Shown here in pieces: positions 8,060 to 15,296 of a stretch of DNA of 30,388 nt. A program made the translations under genes and the position numbers. The DNA is from a virus (Duplodnaviria > Caudoviricetes): positions 1-30,388 of IMG/VR virus record IMGVR_UViG_3300037047_000080, one strand, 5' to 3'. The notes under the pieces are model-generated. The model saw nothing but the letters and a program-made list of their open reading frames with translations, ran no database searches and was not told the DNA's origin. Numbering within the stretch: position 1 is the stretch's first letter; the number at the start of each line of letters is the position of its first letter.

Positions 8060-8284
8060 TCACTTGTTGAACCACACGACGTGGGTCCACTTCGCGTGGC
8101 CGAGCCACTGGTCGACCTGGGACGGGGTGAACTCGATGTCGGACATCCCGTCCGCCGTCGCCAGACGACCGACGCCGTCGCGGTCCCCGTACAGGTCATG
8201 CTCGACGCAGGCCACGAATTCCTCGATCGTCATGTGCTCCCCGATCTCGGGATTGGGGAGCGGGCGCAGGCTGTCGTTCATCAT
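8060..8284 (-). CDS. Hypothetical protein
   Basis: MMNDSLRPLPNPEIGEHMTIEEF...; GGAGG RBS, downstream of the motif at 8307. Confidence 0.7.
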   Translation of the reverse strand: MMNDSLRPLPNPEIGEHMTIEEFVACVEHDLYGDRDGVGRLATADGMSDIEFTPSQVDQWLGHAKWTHVVWFNK

Positions 8285-8306
8285 TGCCTCCAGTTCCTTG
8301 GTAGAA

Positions 8307-8334
8307 CTACTCAGTTCTGGCTGGAGATGATTCT
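8307..8334 (-). promoter_or_regulatory. Variant motif AGAATCAT-N14-GAGTAG
   Basis: Spacer nearly identical to the 7657 copy. Confidence 0.7.
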
Positions 8335-8544
8335 GCGTTGCCGATCCGGGTACCGCTTGTCGAGTTCCGAGATCTCCCACTGGAGTCGGTGCCGGTTGTG
8401 ATCCGCCGGATTCTGGAGCAGATCCTTTGCCGCCCAGACGATGCGCTCCATCTGGTCCAGCTTCTTGCTGGTGTTGTACTGGTGTACCATGGCCGCGATG
8501 TGACCCACCGCACTGACCATCATCGCGAGGATGAGTAGGATCAT
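8311..8544 (-). CDS. Small membrane protein
   Basis: N-terminal hydrophobic helix MILLILAMMVSAVGHIAAMV; GGAG RBS. Confidence 0.65.
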   Translation of the reverse strand: MILLILAMMVSAVGHIAAMVHQYNTSKKLDQMERIVWAAKDLLQNPADHNRHRLQWEISELDKRYPDRQRRIISSQN

Positions 8545-8571
8545 GAGATGACTCCGTTCGGCTGGGTCTTG

Positions 8572-8783
8572 TCAGTCCTTGAGCCAGGAGGAGTGAACGA
8601 AACCGTCGCTCCCGCAGAACTCGATGCCGGGAACGGTGCCGTCGAGCTTGTAGTAGGTCTCCACGGCCTCGGTGGAAACATCCAGGATCGTACGCTCGAC
8701 CCCCCGGCTCCCGTCCGCGGACCAAGCACGACCTTGTCCCCGATCCGATGCATTATGCGCGGGTCCATCAGCCGCGGGTCCAT
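8572..8783 (-). pseudogene. Frameshifted small gene (break at G6 run 8700-8705)
   Basis: Codon bias switches frame at the G6 run; one extra G gives a 70 aa protein ...IGDKVVLGPRTGAGGVERTILDVSTEAVETYYKLDG...HSSWLKD. Confidence 0.6.
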
Positions 8784-8787
8784 CAGC
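8758..8787. repeat. Perfect 15-bp tandem duplication CGCGGGTCCATCAGC x2
   Basis: Units at 8758-8772 and 8773-8787; duplicates the TGATG stop/start junction. Confidence 0.9.
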
Positions 8788-9058
8788 AGTGCTCCTTCAT
8801 CCAGGTCTCGGCTGCCTCCAGCCCCGCCTCCGCGAGATCCGCGGCGTGCAGGATGGCGTGAGCGAGCCGTCTGGCCTGCTTGGGGTCGATGTCACCCGTG
8901 GCGGGGACGTTGACGGTGCCCCCGTAGGTCTGGGGGTCGAGTCCCGATGGAGTCACCAGAACTCCACATTCGTTCACACGAACGGTGCGGCCGTTCATTT
9001 CGTCCGGCAGGCCATTGAACACGACCCGCTGCGCCGTCCGAACCATTTGCTTCGGCAT
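8783..9058 (-). CDS. Hypothetical protein
   Basis: MPKQMVRTAQRVVFNGLP...; GGAGGGG RBS, downstream of the motif at 9092. Confidence 0.7.
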   Translation of the reverse strand: MPKQMVRTAQRVVFNGLPDEMNGRTVRVNECGVLVTPSGLDPQTYGGTVNVPATGDIDPKQARRLAHAILHAADLAEAGLEAAETWMKEHC

Positions 9059-9091
9059 GATACCCCTCCCAAATTCTTGTCCCCACAAGGA

Positions 9092-9119
9092 CTACTCAGG
9101 TTCGACCCGGAATGATCCC
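9092..9119 (-). promoter_or_regulatory. GGGATCAT-N14-GAGTAG motif
   Basis: Perfect copy; its TAG is also the stop of 9092..9304. Confidence 0.8.
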
Positions 9120-9304
9120 ACGGTTTCCGGTTGCGCCCGGAAGTACCGGATCAGCGCCAGGATGTCATCCAGCGTGGGCGGTTCGACCCCCAGCCAGATC
9201 GTGCGGAAATACCGGACATCCGCACGAGCCGTTTCGCTCGTGAGCCCGAGCCGTTCCGCAGCCTGCTGTGCCCACTCTTCGGTGTTGTCCATGTCCGTTT
9301 TCAT
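9092..9304 (-). CDS. Hypothetical protein
   Basis: 70 aa, ATGA-coupled to the upstream gene. Confidence 0.6.
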   Translation of the reverse strand: MKTDMDNTEEWAQQAAERLGLTSETARADVRYFRTIWLGVEPPTLDDILALIRYFRAQPETVGSFRVEPE

Positions 9305-9558
9305 CCGAGTTCGTTGTAGGTTTCGACAGCCTGCTTGAGGCTCTCGCCCTCGTAGACTACCTCGTTGTCACTGAGGGTGGTGACATCCCGTTTCATGACC
9401 CGGAAAACAACGTCTGGAACCCTGTAGCCGAGACCTGCCACAGCAATGGACAACCTCTTGCGGTACCTGCCGTCTGCGGTTGTCGCGCTGGCATACTCGA
9501 CCTCCGGGTGAAAACTCAGAATGTCATCGACCGTGATTTTGTGCACCGTGCGGATCAT
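9301..9558 (-). CDS. Hypothetical protein
   Basis: 85 aa, GGAGG RBS, tight operon packing. Confidence 0.7.
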   Translation of the reverse strand: MIRTVHKITVDDILSFHPEVEYASATTADGRYRKRLSIAVAGLGYRVPDVVFRVMKRDVTTLSDNEVVYEGESLKQAVETYNELG

Positions 9559-9560
9559 GG

Positions 9561-9797
9561 TCAGCCCTCCTCGACGTCGAATCCGTCGCCTTCGAGTTCC
9601 GCGATGGCCTCGTCGAGCATGTCGGCGTCGATCATCACGTAGATGAAATCACCGTCCCGCTCGACGAGGCTTCCGGCGACGCTGCCGATCCGGCTCTGCA
9701 CCTGCTCCGCTTCCCGGGTGTTCTTGCAGTAGCGGTGGAACGTGACGTCGTCATCGTCACCGTACTGGTAGGTCAGGGTCAGCACATCGCCCACCAT
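9561..9797 (-). CDS. Acidic hypothetical protein
   Basis: 78 aa, GC3-rich, tight packing. Confidence 0.7.
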   Translation of the reverse strand: MVGDVLTLTYQYGDDDDVTFHRYCKNTREAEQVQSRIGSVAGSLVERDGDFIYVMIDADMLDEAIAELEGDGFDVEEG

Positions 9798-9803
9798 GGA
9801 GTC

Positions 9804-10250
9804 TCACTTTCCGTCGATGACCGTCTGGACGATCCGAAGCCACTCCTGCGCGACTTCCCGCTGAACGTCCCACGGGAGCCCCTCGAAATCTGCATCCAGC
9901 TTTTCCCGATGTGTCAGGTCGACGATCAGGTCTGCCACGATCCGTCCGGCGGGCTGACACACATCGAGACCGAGCCGCCTGGACCATTCGATGGACAGAT
10001 CGTTGACGTATGCCTCCCCCAGCCCGTTCGGGCCGAGCAGGGCTACGACCTTGCGGGACTCGCCGTCGGGGCCCCGCAGGAACGTGCAGTCCATGGGCTC
10101 GTCCCCGCTCCGGACCCACAACTCGCGCATGTATCCCGCGTGCCACGTCTTGTACCGCAGCGTAACCCACTCCGGGGTCACAGCCACCGCCACGCAGGGC
10201 CCGTAACGACGGGACACGATCCAGCAGCCGGGGGTGATCAGGTTCCGCAT
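9804..10250 (-). CDS. Hypothetical protein
   Basis: MRNLITPGCWIVSRRYG...; C-terminal part of the 9804..10610 ORF; GAGGG RBS. Confidence 0.7.
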   Translation of the reverse strand: MRNLITPGCWIVSRRYGPCVAVAVTPEWVTLRYKTWHAGYMRELWVRSGDEPMDCTFLRGPDGESRKVVALLGPNGLGEAYVNDLSIEWSRRLGLDVCQPAGRIVADLIVDLTHREKLDADFEGLPWDVQREVAQEWLRIVQTVIDGK

Positions 10251-10258
10251 GGTATCCC

Positions 10259-10519
10259 TCAGTCCTTGAGCAGGTCGGCCAGATCGTCGAGGTAGTACAG
10301 CACCTCGGAGTGGCCGGAGGAGTGTCCACGCTCGTAGGCCATGGCGAACGCCTTGTCGGCCTTCGGGTGCCCCGTCAGACCGACCTCGGCCAGGGCGTCG
10401 GCGCGGAACTGCGCGTCGAGCCGCGCCCGCTCCTCCTGGTACGCCTTCCAGGCGGCCGGATCCTTGCTCTTCGAGACGTAGGGCAGGGTGCTCTTGTATG
10501 CGCTGAAGTCCATTGTCAT
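10259..10519 (-). CDS. Hypothetical phage protein
   Basis: 86 aa, very GC3-rich, AGAGG RBS, downstream of the motif at 10546. Confidence 0.75.
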   Translation of the reverse strand: MTMDFSAYKSTLPYVSKSKDPAAWKAYQEERARLDAQFRADALAEVGLTGHPKADKAFAMAYERGHSSGHSEVLYYLDDLADLLKD

Positions 10520-10545
10520 CCTCTTGTGTCTCTGTCTTGCCTGGA

Positions 10546-10573
10546 CTGCTCAGGGTCGGTCGGGAATGATCCC
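10546..10573 (-). promoter_or_regulatory. Variant motif GGGATCAT-N14-GAGCAG
   Basis: One mismatch in the downstream box, same spacing. Confidence 0.7.
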
Positions 10574-10576
10574 AGA

Positions 10577-10768
10577 TCAGACCTGAGGATCCATGAATCC
10601 TTTTTCCCACAACTGGTGGAGACTACGCCCCTTGACGGTATCGACGGGGTAAGGGTTCTCCCGTGCCGCATCGGTCAACGTCTTGGGGTGACCCCCCTCG
10701 AAACATCCGTGTCGGCGCATTTCAGCGCACTTCCGGCGGCCCTCGTTCTGGATCCGGGACTCGTGCTT
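10577..10768 (-). pseudogene. Coding-like frame continuing past the TGA at 10769
   Basis: KHESRIQNEGRRKCAEMRRHG...ENPYPVDTVKGRSLHQLWEKGFMDPQV* is in frame with the upstream membrane gene; GC3-rich. Confidence 0.5.
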
Positions 10769-10960
10769 TCATCTCCGCTGGGTCAGAAACATCCGGACTC
10801 GGGGCACGATGACGAGGATGACGAAACATGCGAACGTGAAACCGACTACGACCCCCTGGGTCCAATACCAGCGGGCGATCTCGAGAGTGGTTCCCGTACT
10901 CTCCAAGTTCATTCCGGGACTGAAAAGATCACCCAACCAAGTCCAGAAGTCCATGCTCAT
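10769..10960 (-). CDS. Small membrane protein
   Basis: MSMDFWTWLGDLFSPG...GVVVGFTFACFVILVIVP; ATGA-coupled to the upstream gene. Confidence 0.6.
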   Translation of the reverse strand: MSMDFWTWLGDLFSPGMNLESTGTTLEIARWYWTQGVVVGFTFACFVILVIVPRVRMFLTQRR

Positions 10961-11370
10961 TCTCCCTTGGGCAGTCGGTTCTCGAACCCGTACCGCTCCG
11001 CCATTTCCCGGTAGACATCGTCCCCGTAAACCATGTCCCCGTAGATCCAGTTGGCGATGATCGTGAAAGCCCACAGGGCGCTGTAGTTTTTGAGGGACGG
11101 CAGGTATTCCCGGGCGAACTCCAGGGACAGCATCCCACCCGGGTAGAACGGCATGGACGCACCGATGTCGTGGATGAACGCCGTCCCCAGGATGGCCTCG
11201 CCGGGGGTACCCGCGGGGGCGAGCAGGTCGGTAGAGAGGTGGAACGTGCAGACATAGCGCGTCCCGTCTCCCGGCTGCCATACAACCGAGCACCCCTGCG
11301 CGTTCATGATGATCTGGCAGGGAAACTTGGACGTGGCTTCGATCCTTTTCTGGTATCCCAGGTTCAGCAT
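10957..11370 (-). CDS. Hypothetical protein
   Basis: MLNLGYQKRIEATSKFPC...WQPGDGTRY; GGAG RBS. Confidence 0.7.
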   Translation of the reverse strand: MLNLGYQKRIEATSKFPCQIIMNAQGCSVVWQPGDGTRYVCTFHLSTDLLAPAGTPGEAILGTAFIHDIGASMPFYPGGMLSLEFAREYLPSLKNYSALWAFTIIANWIYGDMVYGDDVYREMAERYGFENRLPKGE

Positions 11371-11372
11371 GG

Positions 11373-11750
11373 TCAGCACTCCATCAGCAGGGCGAAAATG
11401 AGTTCCTCGTCCTCGCGGACGTACTTGCCTGCCTTCTGTTTGCGCAGCAGGCCGTCCAGCAGGAGGTACTTCATCCGGGCCAGCGTCTCGGATGGGGTGT
11501 CTAGGGACACGGGCACCTGGAACGAGAGGGTGACCGTTTTCGTCGGCTCGGAGTCGAACCGGAGCGGTACAACCCGATCTACATCCGAGATGACGAGATC
11601 GCTGAGGGTGACGGGGGCCAGCCACTGGCGCGGCTCGAACCACAGCACCCCCCGATCGTCCCGGTGAACGGAGGCTTCGGAGGAGCCTCCGTATATCCAG
11701 TAAATCTTGTAGAGCCCCGGCCGGGACAGATCCGACACCTGGATGCTCAT
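11373..11750 (-). CDS. Hypothetical protein
   Basis: MSIQVSDLSRPGLYKIYW...; TGATG-coupled. Confidence 0.7.
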   Translation of the reverse strand: MSIQVSDLSRPGLYKIYWIYGGSSEASVHRDDRGVLWFEPRQWLAPVTLSDLVISDVDRVVPLRFDSEPTKTVTLSFQVPVSLDTPSETLARMKYLLLDGLLRKQKAGKYVREDEELIFALLMEC

Positions 11751-11968
11751 CACTTCTCCTCGGGAAACAGGTCGTTCAGAGTCACGTCGTCGCCCGAGAC
11801 CGTGACTTTGCCCACACCGTCGGCGCTGACGGCGTACTGGAAGGTCACGGAGATCTCGGGGTGCGCCCCGACGTACTTCTGGGCGAACTGCTGAGCACCC
11901 GCCAGCGTCTTGAAACGCCGGGTGATGCCGAATCGATCGAGTGACCGATAACGAACGGTGATCATCAT
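11750..11968 (-). CDS. Hypothetical protein
   Basis: MMITVRYRSLDRFGITRRFKTLAGAQQFA...; GGAGGGG RBS. Confidence 0.7.
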   Translation of the reverse strand: MMITVRYRSLDRFGITRRFKTLAGAQQFAQKYVGAHPEISVTFQYAVSADGVGKVTVSGDDVTLNDLFPEEK

Positions 11969-12243
11969 CCCCTCCGGAACCAGAGGAACCCACGGTCGCG
12001 GCACTCGGCCACCTGAATGCCCGTGGGCTCGTCGAGCACGTACACCTTCGAGAAGTGGCTGCTCCCGCACGGGCACGGCACCTTGGTCGCGCCCAGGACT
12101 CGCACCGAGGTGCCCCCCAGTTCCGCCGGGAGGCGCACCCAGTCCGGGACGTCGACGTCGAGGAGCACCGCCGTCCCCTCGGGCAGATCCACCGTCACGC
12201 TCGTCTCGCCCACCCGCCGCTCGCCCCACGCCGTGTCGCTCAT
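11965..12243 (-). CDS. Hypothetical protein with CPCG...C motif
   Basis: 92 aa, AAGGAG RBS, first gene of the leftward arm. Confidence 0.7.
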   Translation of the reverse strand: MSDTAWGERRVGETSVTVDLPEGTAVLLDVDVPDWVRLPAELGGTSVRVLGATKVPCPCGSSHFSKVYVLDEPTGIQVAECRDRGFLWFRRG

Positions 12244-12267
12244 GATTGGGATCTCCTTCCGCGGGGT

Positions 12268-12295
12268 CTACTCGGGTTGCTCCCACGATGATCCC
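12268..12295 (-). promoter_or_regulatory. GGGATCAT-N14-GAGTAG motif (left member of divergent pair)
   Basis: Perfect copy on the minus strand. Confidence 0.85.
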
Positions 12296-12304
12296 ATCTT
12301 TTGG

Positions 12305-12332
12305 GGGATCATTCTAACCCGGGAGAGAGTAG
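12305..12332 (+). promoter_or_regulatory. GGGATCAT-N14-GAGTAG motif (right member of divergent pair)
   Basis: Perfect copy on the plus strand followed by AAGGAGG RBS. Confidence 0.85.
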
Positions 12333-12352
12333 AAGGCGTAAGGAGGAACACC

Positions 12353-12535
12353 ATGCACCTGAACCCGGCCGATTGGATCGAGCGTATGGTGGATGCGGGA
12401 CTGACCCGGCAGGAGGCCACCTACTACGTGGGCTCGTACCCAGCCGAGGAGTGGCCGGACATCATCAAGTGGGCGCAGGAGCCCGCCGACCTGGACAGCT
12501 ACCCGGACGGTCCCATCCCGGACTACGACTACTGA
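12353..12535 (+). CDS. Small acidic hypothetical protein
   Basis: MHLNPADWIERMVDAG... 60 aa, strong AAGGAGG RBS. Confidence 0.75.
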   Translation: MHLNPADWIERMVDAGLTRQEATYYVGSYPAEEWPDIIKWAQEPADLDSYPDGPIPDYDY

Positions 12536-12564
12536 CCTTTTCGCCCCTGCGGGAGCGTTTCCTA

Positions 12565-12846
12565 ATGCTGACGGACCATGCCAGATCCAGATCGCAAGCA
12601 CGAGGGATATCGCACGTTTTGGTCGAGATCGCTCGTGATTGGGGTGACCCCTATCCGGCAGGGAACGGTTGCACGGCGTGGGTGCTGGGGCGTCGGGCGG
12701 CACAGCGGGCGGCGAAACTGACGGGAAGGCAGTGGCGGAGCGGAGTTGTGGTGGTCGAAACCTCGGACGGGGTGGTGCTGACCGTCATGCACTCCACCCG
12801 CAAGTGGAAGAAGAGTTTTTTGCCCCACCGGGATCTGCGGCCCTAA
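12565..12846 (+). CDS. DUF4258-like protein
   Basis: MLTDHARSRSQARGIS...VVVVETSDGVVLTVMH matches the TxHAxxRxxxRGIS...vvTv pattern of DUF4258-type proteins. Confidence 0.6.
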   Translation: MLTDHARSRSQARGISHVLVEIARDWGDPYPAGNGCTAWVLGRRAAQRAAKLTGRQWRSGVVVVETSDGVVLTVMHSTRKWKKSFLPHRDLRP

Positions 12847-12852
12847 CTTTTT

Positions 12853-12880
12853 GGGATCATTTCAGGGGATCCCAGAGTAG
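12853..12880 (+). promoter_or_regulatory. GGGATCAT-N14-GAGTAG motif
   Basis: Perfect copy. Confidence 0.8.
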
Positions 12881-12919
12881 TCCTTTCGTAGGGCGAGACA
12901 CGGACGAAAGGAAACAGAG

Positions 12920-13387
12920 ATGAGCAACCCGAACCTGACCGTGAGCAAGTACAAGGCGCTGCGGGGCGACGAAGGCGACGCGTTCAACTGCGACCTCTAC
13001 TGGGACGGTCAGATGGTCGCCCGCGTTTCCTACGACGGGCGCGGCGGCATGTTCAGCTACGACTGGACGTGCAGCGGCGGGTCCATGCACCGTCCCGGCG
13101 CGACCGGGCGCAAGCTGCTCGCCCAGGTGGACAGCCTCCCGGAGTACGAAGCGTTCGGCATGATGCTGAAGCCCAGTCTCGATGTGAAGGTGGCCGAGGC
13201 CGTCGGCGCGCTCCAGGAAGAGAAAAAGCTCCGTTCCTGGTGCAAGACCAAGACGGTTCTCCGGCTGCCGAACACGAACCCGGGTGACTACCTCGTGTTC
13301 AAGGCGACCTTCTGCCCGCAGGTCAAGGCGGCCCTCAGCGTCAAGTACGAAGGGGCCGAGTTCGTGAACGAGCGGTTCAGCCGCTAG
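12920..13387 (+). CDS. Hypothetical phage protein
   Basis: 155 aa, AAAGGA RBS, GC3-rich. Confidence 0.8.
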   Translation: MSNPNLTVSKYKALRGDEGDAFNCDLYWDGQMVARVSYDGRGGMFSYDWTCSGGSMHRPGATGRKLLAQVDSLPEYEAFGMMLKPSLDVKVAEAVGALQEEKKLRSWCKTKTVLRLPNTNPGDYLVFKATFCPQVKAALSVKYEGAEFVNERFSR

Positions 13388-13408
13388 AGCCGGTCACGGG
13401 AGAGTCAG

Positions 13409-13627
13409 ATGAAGGCGAGCACGTCTACCAAGCTCATCGCCAATCTCGCCTCCCGTGCCGTTCGGGCTGCGGTGAAGCAGCACCCCGCCGTGACCCCCGA
13501 TGTTCAGCGGGGTCATGCGCTCGCGCAGTGTGAGAACTATTTCCGTGAGCATGATCTGCCGCTCACCACCGAGGTGCAGATCCGGCTCCGGTGCGCCATC
13601 CGCCTCGCTTTCCTCAAGGTGGGGTGA
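13409..13627 (+). CDS. Hypothetical protein
   Basis: 72 aa, GGGAG RBS. Confidence 0.7.
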   Translation: MKASTSTKLIANLASRAVRAAVKQHPAVTPDVQRGHALAQCENYFREHDLPLTTEVQIRLRCAIRLAFLKVG

Positions 13628-13651
13628 TCAGAGCAAGAGAGAGAAAATCAC

Positions 13652-13819
13652 ATGGAACATCTGCTGCACGTGTTCGGAATCGGGGGAAGCTGCGGGGAGC
13701 ACATGATCTGGTGGTCGATCGGACCGATCGGCATCGGGGTCGTTGCGTTCCGCCACCAGATCAAGCGGCAGAGCCTCCGCCTCGGTGAATGGCTCTGGAA
13801 GGGGTTGGTGTCCCAGTGA
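13652..13819 (+). CDS. Small hypothetical protein, possibly membrane-associated
   Basis: Not in track (55 aa): MEHLLHVFGIGGSCGEHMIWWSIGPIGIGVVAFRHQ...; GTGA overlap with the next gene. Confidence 0.55.
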   Translation: MEHLLHVFGIGGSCGEHMIWWSIGPIGIGVVAFRHQIKRQSLRLGEWLWKGLVSQ

Positions 13820-13986
13820 AGACCGTGAAGCCGAAGCCCAGGTCCGAGCCGGACAACATCGTGACCCGGAACCGCGCGTACGTCGAGACCCTGAAAGCGA
13901 CCCGTGATCCGCGGGCGGCAGTCCGGGCCTACTGCGCCGGGAACCGCTGGCTCACCGAGAACGCCAAGGGCGTGGGGAACTGGTGA
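13816..13986 (+). CDS. Hypothetical protein
   Basis: GTG start, KTVKPKPRSEPDNIVTRN...; GC3-rich. Confidence 0.6.
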   Translation: MKTVKPKPRSEPDNIVTRNRAYVETLKATRDPRAAVRAYCAGNRWLTENAKGVGNW

Positions 13987-13989
13987 CCC

Positions 13990-14178
13990 ATGATCGAGTC
14001 CGAACAGCAGAAATTCATCCGTTACTACCTCACGCTGGCCCTGTTCCGATCCCAGGTGGACGCCTATGCCGACCAGTGCGGCTACCAGGGCGGATTTTAC
14101 GGCGTCCCCGAGGAGGGGAAACCCGCATTCATCGAGCAGTTCTGGGCTGCATCCCCGAGGATGAGAACCTGGGAATAA
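13990..14178 (+). CDS. Hypothetical protein
   Basis: 62 aa, GC3-rich, ends just before the motif at 14181. Confidence 0.65.
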   Translation: MIESEQQKFIRYYLTLALFRSQVDAYADQCGYQGGFYGVPEEGKPAFIEQFWAASPRMRTWE

Positions 14179-14180
14179 AT

Positions 14181-14208
14181 GGGATCATTCCGAAACGGAT
14201 CCGAGTAG
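14181..14208 (+). promoter_or_regulatory. GGGATCAT-N14-GAGTAG motif
   Basis: Perfect copy followed by GGAGG RBS. Confidence 0.8.
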
Positions 14209-14233
14209 TCCTCATGCACAAGGGAGGTGCCTG

Positions 14234-14806
14234 ATGGACTACGCCGCCACCAAGCTCGTGATGCAGCGCTGTTTTCCGAGTCTGTTTCCGACCGAGGACG
14301 ACGTGCTGCACCACCTGTTTTTCGTGAACGGGTGCGGGTACGAGTGGGTCGGTGGGCAACTCGTGAACCCCGAAGACGGGAAGGATCCGAGAAAGGTCAT
14401 CCAGAAGATCCTTCGGAAACGACTCACCGACTGTCAGAAATCTCTGAGCGGCGAAAACAGCCCCATGATGATCAGAGTGTGGAAACGGCGCATCGAGGAA
14501 ATCGACGAGCCCTGGGAGGCTCAGGCGGCCCGCGAGATCGAGCGGCGGCGGGAACTCGCCCAGTCCGACAACATCAGCTACATCTCCCTGCTCCCGGACG
14601 GGCAGATCTGTCGGGAGGTCTACCCCATCTGCAAATATGCGCAGATCCTGAACGTCCCCGACGACGTGCAGCCCGACTGGCTCGATGCCGCCCGACGGGC
14701 CATTGCCATGGTGCGTACCGAGCGCTGGCGGCTCTCCGATCGGGATCAGGAATGGGTCGACCGGGCGGAACGGAACCTCAGTCATCGATTCGGCCAACCC
14801 GCCTGA
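14234..14806 (+). CDS. Hypothetical protein
   Basis: 190 aa, GGGAGG RBS. Confidence 0.8.
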   Translation: MDYAATKLVMQRCFPSLFPTEDDVLHHLFFVNGCGYEWVGGQLVNPEDGKDPRKVIQKILRKRLTDCQKSLSGENSPMMIRVWKRRIEEIDEPWEAQAAREIERRRELAQSDNISYISLLPDGQICREVYPICKYAQILNVPDDVQPDWLDAARRAIAMVRTERWRLSDRDQEWVDRAERNLSHRFGQPA

Positions 14807-14810
14807 AATC

Positions 14811-14838
14811 GGGATCATCTGAGACGCATTCCGAGTAG
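14811..14838 (+). promoter_or_regulatory. GGGATCAT-N14-GAGTAG motif
   Basis: Perfect copy. Confidence 0.8.
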
Positions 14839-14877
14839 TGTAGGTGTAAGGGACTCGATCCCGAGAAAGGGTTGAGG

Positions 14878-15207
14878 ATGAAGATCACGCTCACGTTGAA
14901 TGTCCCAGACGGCACGACCGAAGAGGGTCTCCGCCGGATGATCGCCTATGCGGCCGGAAACGTCGGGGTCGTCATGCACCGGGACGACAGCGCGCTCATC
15001 GAAGCGCTGGAGATGGCCTACGCGAGTCACCCCGCCGACGACGAGATCGCGCTGCGGCTGAAGGTGCCCCCGGGGACGACCGAGGCCGATGTGTTCCAGG
15101 CCATCCAGAATGGTGCCTGGGCTGAACTCGACACCCAGAACCTGGACGAGGGTGAGACGGCCCTGTTCAAGATGCTGACCGAGGCGGGCAAGGACATCAA
15201 CGAATGA
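14878..15207 (+). CDS. Hypothetical protein with internal duplication
   Basis: ITLTLNVPDGTTEEGL and IALRLKVPPGTTEADV repeats. Confidence 0.7.
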   Translation: MKITLTLNVPDGTTEEGLRRMIAYAAGNVGVVMHRDDSALIEALEMAYASHPADDEIALRLKVPPGTTEADVFQAIQNGAWAELDTQNLDEGETALFKMLTEAGKDINE

Positions 15208-15269
15208 GCAATTCGCTACCATAATAGAACCCGCCCGATTTCCGTCCTTAAGTCGATAAAGTCATTATC

Positions 15270-15293
15270 GACCTCCTGAGCTCAGAGGAGGTC
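15270..15293 (+). promoter_or_regulatory. RBS-occluding hairpin upstream of GIY-YIG gene
   Basis: GACCTCCT (15270-15277) is complementary to AGGAGGTC (15286-15293), which contains the RBS. Confidence 0.65.
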
Positions 15294-15296
15294 ATC

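Noticed and set aside
10614-10621. CTCCACCA on the minus strand, like a tRNA-Ala/tmRNA 3' end
   Set aside because: No upstream TTCRA T-loop or acceptor stem found; the region reads as protein-coding in the same orientation.
10769-10771. Genome-wide TGA recoding
   Set aside because: Many genes here end cleanly in TGA with TGATG/ATGA coupling, so the single in-frame TGA is local.
844-12286. Long N-terminal extensions of ORF-track calls (844..1725, 1554..2135, 8060..8725, 9804..10610, 10957..11643, 11373..11993, 11750..12286)
   Set aside because: Extensions overlap better-supported upstream genes; RBS positions and stop/start coupling place the true starts downstream.
15208-15235. CATAAT as a sigma70 -10 box before the GIY-YIG gene
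   Set aside because: No convincing -35 element at the proper spacing; cannot be supported.
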